This document shows positions 1 through 5,052 of a stretch of DNA of 5,052 nt, piece after piece. Location: positions 1-5,052 of the forward strand of contig BAAFSQ010000506.1 of assembly GCA_054661495.1 (NCBI GenBank), given 5' to 3'. Each line of letters starts with the position of its first letter. Positions within the stretch are counted from its first letter, which is position 1. The notes under the pieces are model-generated. The model ran no database searches. It saw nothing but the letters and a program-made list of their open reading frames with translations, and was not told the DNA's origin. Position numbers and translations under genes: made by a program. Source of the DNA: Zygophlyctis sp. KS116. Lineage: Eukaryota; Fungi; Chytridiomycota.

Positions 1-58
1 TGATATCTTGGTAGGTGTTCTAGATGTGTTAGGTGTTGCTCCTAGTACCTTTTCCCTC

Positions 59-64
59 TATAAT
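59..64 (+). promoter_or_regulatory. Candidate TATA-like element (TATAAT) in U3
   Basis: Only TATA-like word upstream of the inferred start near 114-115; positional inference only. Confidence 0.45.
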
Positions 65-113
65 TCGACGAGGGTTTTTAACGGCTAGTAGAAGTGGCGT
101 ATTTTTCTTCTTT

Positions 114-125
114 TAGTAGTTTTAT
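114..125 (+). other. Putative self-primer / transcript 5' end, start of R (TAGTAGTTTTAT; copy at 4922-4933)
   Basis: Complementary to 249-260; directly follows a pyrimidine tract (102-114) and lies about 55 nt downstream of TATAAT; no ATG between here and 286. Confidence 0.7.
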
Positions 126-248
126 CGCCAATAAAACTTGTCTACTTCTGACGTGTTATCTGAGATCAATTAAAGGTCTCTAATTGTTAAATAATACTCG
201 GTTTTACCTATATTCAGGAATTTATAGAACCCACCTTTTTAACAAAGT

Positions 249-260
249 ATAAAACTACTA
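249..260 (+). other. Putative self-priming primer-binding site (ATAAAACTACTA)
   Basis: Starts 5 nt after the 5' LTR end (4-nt spacer), has no TGG tRNA-CCA complement, and is a 12/12 reverse complement of 114-125. Confidence 0.8.
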
Positions 261-285
261 GCTATATCTGATCGAACTATACAAA

Positions 286-3200
286 ATGAATTCTTCTAAT
301 CTTAATAATGTGTTTGAGCCAATCCCCGGCTCACCTGCTCCGTCTTCTGGAGTATCCAATTCAGGACCTTCTCAAGTTCAGGAATTGTCTCAGGTTCTAT
401 TGATGCTTAATAATCGTGTACAACAATTAGAATCTCAATTACAATCTCAGACTTCTAATCGTGGAGTTATATCAGGTGCGTCTCCAAAAGTTTCTCTCCC
501 AGATAAATTTACAGGCACTGCAGGAAAATGCAGAGGATTTTTGGTATCCGTGGAAAATATATTTGCCTTACAGCCTCAACGTTATCCTACTAGTGAAGTT
601 AAAACTCGCTTTATAGGTACTTTGCTTTCTAATCAGGCCTTGTCTTGGTTTACTGATGTTGCTTTGAATAAGACTTACCTCTTGGATGATTATCAACTCT
701 TTATCGAGGAATTTAGATCACTTTTTGAAGACCCAAATATCCAACGTAGGGCAGGGTCTACTTTGAAGAAATTATCTCAAGGAAAGGGATCAGTACTTGC
801 GTACTCGACGATCTTTCGTACTAATGCGGTTGACTCAGGATATAATGAAAGAGCCTTAATAGATATGTTTCGAGATGGTTTAAATTCGGAGATAAAAGAT
901 ACCTTGGCGGCTCACAATGTTTATTTTGAAGAATTGGAGCCTTTCATTAAGTATTGTAATGGCTTGGACAGAAGCATCTATGATAGAAAAATGGAAAAGA
1001 ATCACTTCAGTCCGGCAGTTGGTGGAAATTATGGCAGATCAGCCCGATTGGGAATGTCTAGTCGACCTCAGGCTAGTTACGATCGGCCTATGCACTCATA
1101 TGGACGCCCTCCTCGGCCTCCTCAATCTTATCCTCACAGCTCTTCTCAGTCTACCCCGATGGATCTTGATGCCGTTTACACCACCGATTCTAAGGGATTT
1201 AAGCATCTGACATTTGAAGAAAAGAAAAGACGAAAGGAAATGAATTTATGCTTGTATTGCGGAGAATCAGGCCACAATTATCCGAGTTGTCCTAAAAAAG
1301 GAACTAAAAGAGCTCTAAATGCTTTGCAGATTGCTAGTGTGCGATTTATGGAGAGTCTTAGTGAGCCATCGCTTTTTGCTTCAATAGAGATGGTCATAAA
1401 AGGTGTAGATTTTAATGTCAAGGCGTTGATTGACAGTGGAGCCAATGCTAACTTTGTGTCTGAAGAATTTGTGCACTCAAACGGTATCAAGCAACTCAAG
1501 TTAGCGGAACCGATAGTTGTGAGAATGGCTGATGGTAGAACTTCTGCCATTACTCAGTATTTGCCTCTAGTGACTGTTAAAGTTTATGGAAAGGGAACGA
1601 CTCATGATACTGCTGTTGATTTTCTTATTGTTAAGGGTCTTAAATTTTCAGTGATTGTTGGATCTCCCTGGTTGGCCAAAGCGAATCCTATTATCAATTG
1701 GCTTGAGAAGACTGTGGAATTTATGAACCCAGGTGATTTAATTGTGAAGGAACGTAGTTCCAATTTACCTTCTACGTTTAACTCTAGTGAAAATTATGAT
1801 TCGAGTAAGACATATGAAGAATATATTGAACCTGGACTGGAAAAAGATAAAGATGTTACTAATACAGGTGATTTAATTGCAAAGGAACGTAGTTCCAATT
1901 TTTATGATTCACTTAAAACTAGTGGAGTGGAAGTAAATATTCTACGTGTTCTTCCCCCCGGAGTCCCGAAAAACTATATGGATTATGCAGAGGTATTCTA
2001 TGATAATGAAGTGACCAAATTGCCTCCTACTCGCGCAATTGATCTTTCTATTACTCTCAAGAACCCCGATCAGAAGTTACCGTTCTTGAAGATTTATAAT
2101 TTGTCTTCTAAGGAGGAACTCATTCTTAAAAATTGGATAGACCAAAATCTCAAGGCTGGACTTATCAGAAAATCGACTAGTCCTGCTGCAGCCCCAATAT
2201 TTTTTGTCCCAAAGAAAGATGGCACCTTGCGACCTTGTATTGACTACCGCATGCTGAATGAAAACACTGTGAAGGATAAATTCCCTCTTCCTTTAATTTC
2301 TGATCTTTCAAACAAGTTTTCTCAGAGTGTCGTTTTTACTAAGTTAGATCTAAAAGGGGCTTACAATCTAGTACGGATAAAAGAAGGTCAGGAAAATCTG
2401 TGTGCATTTCGGTCAAAGTTCGGTCAATATGAGCCATTAGTGGTCCAGTTCGGACTTACTAATGCTCCCGCGGTTTTTCAGAGATTCATCAACTCTATTT
2501 TTGCTGATTTACTGGATGTTTACGTTGTCGTATACCTCGACGACATTCTTGTTTTTAGTTCCAGTCAGGAGGATCACATTATTCATGTAAAAGAAGTCTT
2601 ATCCCGCCTAAGAGATAATCAATTGGTGCTTAAGGCAGAAAACTGCGAATGGAGTGTGACTGAAGTTGAATTTCTGGGCTTTATTATATCAAAAGATGGC
2701 ATGCGTATGGCTAAGGACAAAATGTTGGCATTAAAAGAATTTCCTTCCCCAATAAATGTTAAACAAGTTAGGAGCTTTCTGGGTCTTGCTAATTTTTACA
2801 GGAAATTCATTTCTAACTTCTCGTCTATAGTAACTCCTCTGACAAGACTCACTAAGAAAAATGTGCCATTTATATGGGATGAAGTTTGTGCAGAATCGTT
2901 TGAAAATATCAAACAAGCAATTGCCGAGGATGTCGTACTCAAGTACCCTGTTGTTGATAGACAATTTAAACTGTATTGTGATGCCAGCGATTATGCGATT
3001 GGATCGATGTTGGCCCAAGAAGATGATGATGGAGTTATTAGACCATTGGAATTCTTTTCAAGGAAATTGGATTCTGCGGAATTGAATTATAGTACATATG
3101 ATAAGGAATTATTAGCTATAATTGATAGTTTAAAAAATTGGAGACACTACTTGGTCCATTCTGAAAAGGAAATTTTAATCTTTAGCGATCACAATAATTT

Positions 3201-4896
3201 ACAGTACTTCCGTTCCTCTCAGTTACTTAAACCTCGCCATGCGAGATGGGCGGAATTTCTAGCTCAATTCTCTTACAAAATTCTCCACATTAGTGGTAAA
3301 GATAATGTGGTTGCGGATGTCTTAAGCCGTCAGGGAACAAAGAAGAAAAACAAGGATTACCATGGGATTTTATTGGATAAGGTAGCTTTTGAAGATGAAG
3401 ATCTACCACCCCTAGTTATTAATTTGTTGGATTGTTTCTTAAATGTTGCGGAGGTCCATGATTATGTGGAAGACATTGCGAAGTACTTGGACTCAGAAGC
3501 CAATGACTGGGACTGTACCGAACACCCATTTTCCGAATATAAATCTCAAATTAAGAAGTTTTCAGTGATTGGTGATAAAGTTTATTATGATAGAGATAAA
3601 TGGAAGGCGCTATATCTACCTTTAGGACAACGAGAGGCAGCTATGATCAGGTGTCATGATATGTTGGGACATTTGGGGTACGACTCTGTCAAAGACTTAT
3701 TGGAGAGACGCTATTTTTGGCCTAATATGTCAGAGGATTTTAAAGCTTACATAAACAGTTGTGCCAGGTGCCAAAGAGCCCGTGGAGCTCTCCCCAAAGC
3801 CGCTTGTTTACTTCCTATTCCTCCAGTTGGTCATCCTTTCGAGAGATGGGGAATAGACTTTCTACAGAATCTGCCAATCACTAGATCTCAAAATCGACAT
3901 ATAATTACATGTATAGATTATGCTACACGATGGGTAGTAGCAGAAGCTGTACCGAGTATGGACTCGGATGTGGTAATTAAATTTCTTTATGATCGAATAT
4001 TCATGCAATATGGAATTACATTTGAAATTGTGTCAGATAGAGGACTTTCTTTTATGTCAGAGGCGGTTAAGCAGTTCTTAGATATGTATTCTATCAAACA
4101 TTTGCCAAGCAGTTCGTATCACCCGCAAACTAATGGCATGGTGGAATCCATGCATAGAATGATAAATCACGGGATAACTACAGCTATAGATAATGATCGA
4201 TCTCGATGGGATGAAGAATTAGCTCAAGTCTTATTTGCTATTCGCGTTAGAACTCATTCGGTGACTAAATATTCTCCTTTCACTTTAGTTTATGGAATAG
4301 AGCCGCGACTTTTCAGCGATGGGGAGCCTCCTATACAAGTCAGAATGCCTCTAGATGATGATGAGCGCAGAAGAATGGTGTTAGAGCGGACAGCTGAGGA
4401 ATTGGAAAATCTTGGTGAAATTAGAGGGGCAGCGTATAAACGCTCGGTAGCGCAAGCTGAAAGAATGAAGGGAAATGAGGCCAATGAATCTTATATTTTT
4501 AAATTTCAGGTGAATGACTGGGTGAAAAGAAGAAATTTTAGAAAAGAAAAGTTTCAAAATAATTGGTCAGGGCCATATTATGTGGTAGAACACGGGTTTC
4601 CAGGTACGTATAGACTTATGAAACCGGACGGTTCGATGGTGCCTAATCTTGTCAATGAATCACATTTGTTACCGTGGACATCACGAGAAGAAGAGGAAGA
4701 AATTTCAAGACTCCAGGAATTACACGAGCCAGTAAATGATTCAATGTTAGGAGCTGATGGATTCAGAGATGATAATTTCCAAGATTATGCAACTCAGGAG
4801 GAGGATAGTGATATCTTGGTAGGTGTTCTAGATGTGTTAGGTGTTGCTCCTAGTACCTTTTCCCTCTATAATTCGACGAGGGTTTTTAACGGCTAG
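286..4896 (+). CDS. gag-pol: Gag-Pol polyprotein, single frame, 1536 aa (Gag, aspartic protease, reverse transcriptase, RNase H, integrase)
   Basis: Uninterrupted ORF; ATG in acaaaATG context; motifs CX2CX4HX4C, LIDSGA, YLDD, CDAS/KELL/SDH/ADVLSR, HHCC, D-D35E and WSGPY all present in order. Confidence 0.97.
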   Translation: MNSSNLNNVFEPIPGSPAPSSGVSNSGPSQVQELSQVLLMLNNRVQQLESQLQSQTSNRGVISGASPKVSLPDKFTGTAGKCRGFLVSVENIFALQPQRYPTSEVKTRFIGTLLSNQALSWFTDVALNKTYLLDDYQLFIEEFRSLFEDPNIQRRAGSTLKKLSQGKGSVLAYSTIFRTNAVDSGYNERALIDMFRDGLNSEIKDTLAAHNVYFEELEPFIKYCNGLDRSIYDRKMEKNHFSPAVGGNYGRSARLGMSSRPQASYDRPMHSYGRPPRPPQSYPHSSSQSTPMDLDAVYTTDSKGFKHLTFEEKKRRKEMNLCLYCGESGHNYPSCPKKGTKRALNALQIASVRFMESLSEPSLFASIEMVIKGVDFNVKALIDSGANANFVSEEFVHSNGIKQLKLAEPIVVRMADGRTSAITQYLPLVTVKVYGKGTTHDTAVDFLIVKGLKFSVIVGSPWLAKANPIINWLEKTVEFMNPGDLIVKERSSNLPSTFNSSENYDSSKTYEEYIEPGLEKDKDVTNTGDLIAKERSSNFYDSLKTSGVEVNILRVLPPGVPKNYMDYAEVFYDNEVTKLPPTRAIDLSITLKNPDQKLPFLKIYNLSSKEELILKNWIDQNLKAGLIRKSTSPAAAPIFFVPKKDGTLRPCIDYRMLNENTVKDKFPLPLISDLSNKFSQSVVFTKLDLKGAYNLVRIKEGQENLCAFRSKFGQYEPLVVQFGLTNAPAVFQRFINSIFADLLDVYVVVYLDDILVFSSSQEDHIIHVKEVLSRLRDNQLVLKAENCEWSVTEVEFLGFIISKDGMRMAKDKMLALKEFPSPINVKQVRSFLGLANFYRKFISNFSSIVTPLTRLTKKNVPFIWDEVCAESFENIKQAIAEDVVLKYPVVDRQFKLYCDASDYAIGSMLAQEDDDGVIRPLEFFSRKLDSAELNYSTYDKELLAIIDSLKNWRHYLVHSEKEILIFSDHNNLQYFRSSQLLKPRHARWAEFLAQFSYKILHISGKDNVVADVLSRQGTKKKNKDYHGILLDKVAFEDEDLPPLVINLLDCFLNVAEVHDYVEDIAKYLDSEANDWDCTEHPFSEYKSQIKKFSVIGDKVYYDRDKWKALYLPLGQREAAMIRCHDMLGHLGYDSVKDLLERRYFWPNMSEDFKAYINSCARCQRARGALPKAACLLPIPPVGHPFERWGIDFLQNLPITRSQNRHIITCIDYATRWVVAEAVPSMDSDVVIKFLYDRIFMQYGITFEIVSDRGLSFMSEAVKQFLDMYSIKHLPSSSYHPQTNGMVESMHRMINHGITTAIDNDRSRWDEELAQVLFAIRVRTHSVTKYSPFTLVYGIEPRLFSDGEPPIQVRMPLDDDERRRMVLERTAEELENLGEIRGAAYKRSVAQAERMKGNEANESYIFKFQVNDWVKRRNFRKEKFQNNWSGPYYVVEHGFPGTYRLMKPDGSMVPNLVNESHLLPWTSREEEEEISRLQELHEPVNDSMLGADGFRDDNFQDYATQEEDSDILVGVLDVLGVAPSTFSLYNSTRVFNG
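484..990 (+). other. Gag capsid-like domain (PEG10/sushi-type Retrotrans_gag), boundaries approximate
   Basis: PKVSLPDKFTG...CRGFL...ALSWF...LSQGKGSVLAYSTIFR...FRDGLNSEIKD match the pattern of Tf1/sushi-group and PEG10-like Gag; preceded by a Q/L-rich probable coiled coil (about 373-450). Confidence 0.85.
1249..1290 (+). other. Gag nucleocapsid CCHC zinc knuckle
   Basis: CLYCGESGHNYPSC = C-X2-C-X4-H-X4-C, preceded by PMDLD (1156-1170) and LTFEEKKRRKEMNL, the usual context in chromovirus Gag. Confidence 0.95.
1372..1722 (+). other. Retropepsin aspartic protease domain, boundaries approximate
   Basis: ALIDSGANANFVS with catalytic Asp codon at 1432; VRMADG flap-like motif; VIVGSPWLAKANPIINW C-terminal motif. 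Confidence 0.93.
1730..1901 (+). repeat. In-frame internal direct repeat, 37 bp x2 (1730-1766 and 1865-1901), in the PR-RT linker
   Basis: caggtgatttaattgTGaaggaacgtagttccaattt vs caggtgatttaattgCAaaggaacgtagttccaattt, 35/37 identical, offset 135 nt; encodes GDLIVKERSSN / GDLIAKERSSN. Confidence 0.92.
2020..2949 (+). other. Reverse transcriptase (palm, thumb, connection), boundaries approximate
   Basis: SPAAAPIFFVPKKDGTLRPCIDYRMLN, KLDLKGAYNLVRI (Asp at 2347), FGLTNAPAVFQ, YLDD (2533-2544), FLGFII, VRSFLGLANFYRKFI. Confidence 0.97.
2962..3330 (+). other. RNase H domain (Ty3/Gypsy type)
   Basis: Acidic catalytic residues D (2980, CDAS), E (3106, DKELLAI), D (3187, SDH), D (3316, ADVLSR); ELNYSTYDKELL and RHARW motifs. 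Confidence 0.95.
3655..4677 (+). other. Integrase: HHCC zinc finger, DD35E core and GPY/F module; no chromodomain
   Basis: H3655-X4-H3670-X29-C3760-X2-C3769; D3856 (WGIDF), D4036 (VSDRG), E4144 (MVE) with 35 residues between the second D and E; FQVNDWV...WSGPYYV...TYRL...VNESHLLPW at 4504-4677. Confidence 0.95.
4796..4808 (+). other. Polypurine tract (plus-strand primer) AGGAGGAGGATAG
   Basis: 12 of 13 bases are purines, directly abutting the TG of the 3' LTR. Confidence 0.9.
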
Positions 4897-5052
4897 TAGA
4901 AGTGGCGTATTTTTCTTCTTTTAGTAGTTTTATCGCCAATAAAACTTGTCTACTTCTGACGTGTTATCTGAGATCAATTAAAGGTCTCTAATTGTTAAAT
5001 AATACTCGGTTTTACCTATATTCAGGAATTTATAGAACCCACCTTTTTAACA
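4809..5052 (+). repeat. 3' LTR (244 bp)
   Basis: Direct repeat of 1-244, immediately preceded by a purine tract. Confidence 0.98.
4938..4943 (+). terminator. Candidate polyadenylation signal AATAAA (5' LTR copy at 130-135)
   Basis: Canonical hexamer about 40 nt after the stop codon and just downstream of the inferred R start, followed by T/GT-rich sequence. Confidence 0.55.

Larger units (their letters stand above)
1..244 (+). repeat. 5' LTR (244 bp, TGATA...TAACA)
   Basis: tgatatcttggtagg...ccacctttttaaca recurs at 4809-5052; no mismatch found in a by-eye comparison. Imperfect terminal inverted repeat (TGATA vs TGTTA). Confidence 0.98.
1..5052 (+). mobile_element. Full-length Ty3/Gypsy LTR retrotransposon (Tf1/sushi-like RT, probably self-priming)
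   Basis: Terminal direct repeats of 244 bp starting TG and ending CA; single polyprotein with domain order Gag-PR-RT-RH-IN, which is diagnostic of Ty3/Gypsy rather than Ty1/Copia; purine tract abutting the 3' LTR. Confidence 0.98.

Noticed and set aside
1-5. Target-site duplication
   Set aside because: No flanking host sequence in the window, so it cannot be assessed.
149-154. CRE-like TGACGT in the LTR
   Set aside because: Single 6-mer downstream of the inferred start; compatible with chance.
245-265. Canonical tRNA primer-binding site
   Set aside because: No TGG near the LTR end and no resemblance to the tRNA-iMet PBS (TGGTATCAGAGC type); self-complementarity explains the site better. 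An internal tRNA fragment match cannot be excluded without a search.
1021-1155. Short S/P/R/Y-rich peptide repeats in Gag (SYDRP / SYGRPPRPP)
   Set aside because: Ordinary low-complexity CA-NC spacer with no clean nucleotide-level tandem repeat.
917-1210. 97-aa alternative-frame ORF inside gag
   Set aside because: No recognisable motif, nested in gag, no evident route to translation; length is within chance expectation.
1278-1550. 90-aa antisense ORF
   Set aside because: Antisense shadow of the NC/protease region with no motif or promoter evidence.
2731-3085. 95-aa antisense ORF (2731-3018) and 74-aa alternative-frame ORF (2861-3085)
   Set aside because: Overlap conserved RT connection/RNase H codons; no recognisable protein features.
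4290-4484. 64-aa antisense ORF
   Set aside because: Short, lies opposite integrase, no supporting signal.
4685-4702. 18-nt pure purine run as a second PPT
   Set aside because: Explained by the REEEEE codons; not adjacent to the LTR, and a PPT already exists at 4796-4808.
4678-4896. env-like gene or transmembrane anchor at the 3' end
   Set aside because: No separate ORF or room for one; the hydrophobic stretch is short and interrupted by Asp.

Overview
The window is exactly one complete, apparently intact Ty3/Gypsy (Metaviridae) LTR retrotransposon of 5052 bp with no flanking host DNA. Two 244-bp LTRs (1-244 and 4809-5052, TG...CA, identical by eye) enclose one uninterrupted 1536-aa Gag-PR-RT-RNaseH-IN ORF (286-4896). 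Four things stand out. (1) There is no tRNA-type primer-binding site; instead 249-260 is the perfect reverse complement of 114-125 inside the LTR, the signature of Tf1-style self-primed reverse transcription. (2) The same primer segment can alternatively fold over the AATAAA signal, suggesting an RNA switch. (3) Gag/PR/RT/RNaseH look like the Tf1/sushi chromovirus type, but the integrase has non-chromovirus motifs and no chromodomain, suggesting a chimera with a swapped integrase. (4) The ORF reads through the polypurine tract and ends 88 nt inside the 3' LTR. A fungal or other microbial-eukaryote host is plausible but cannot be established from the sequence.
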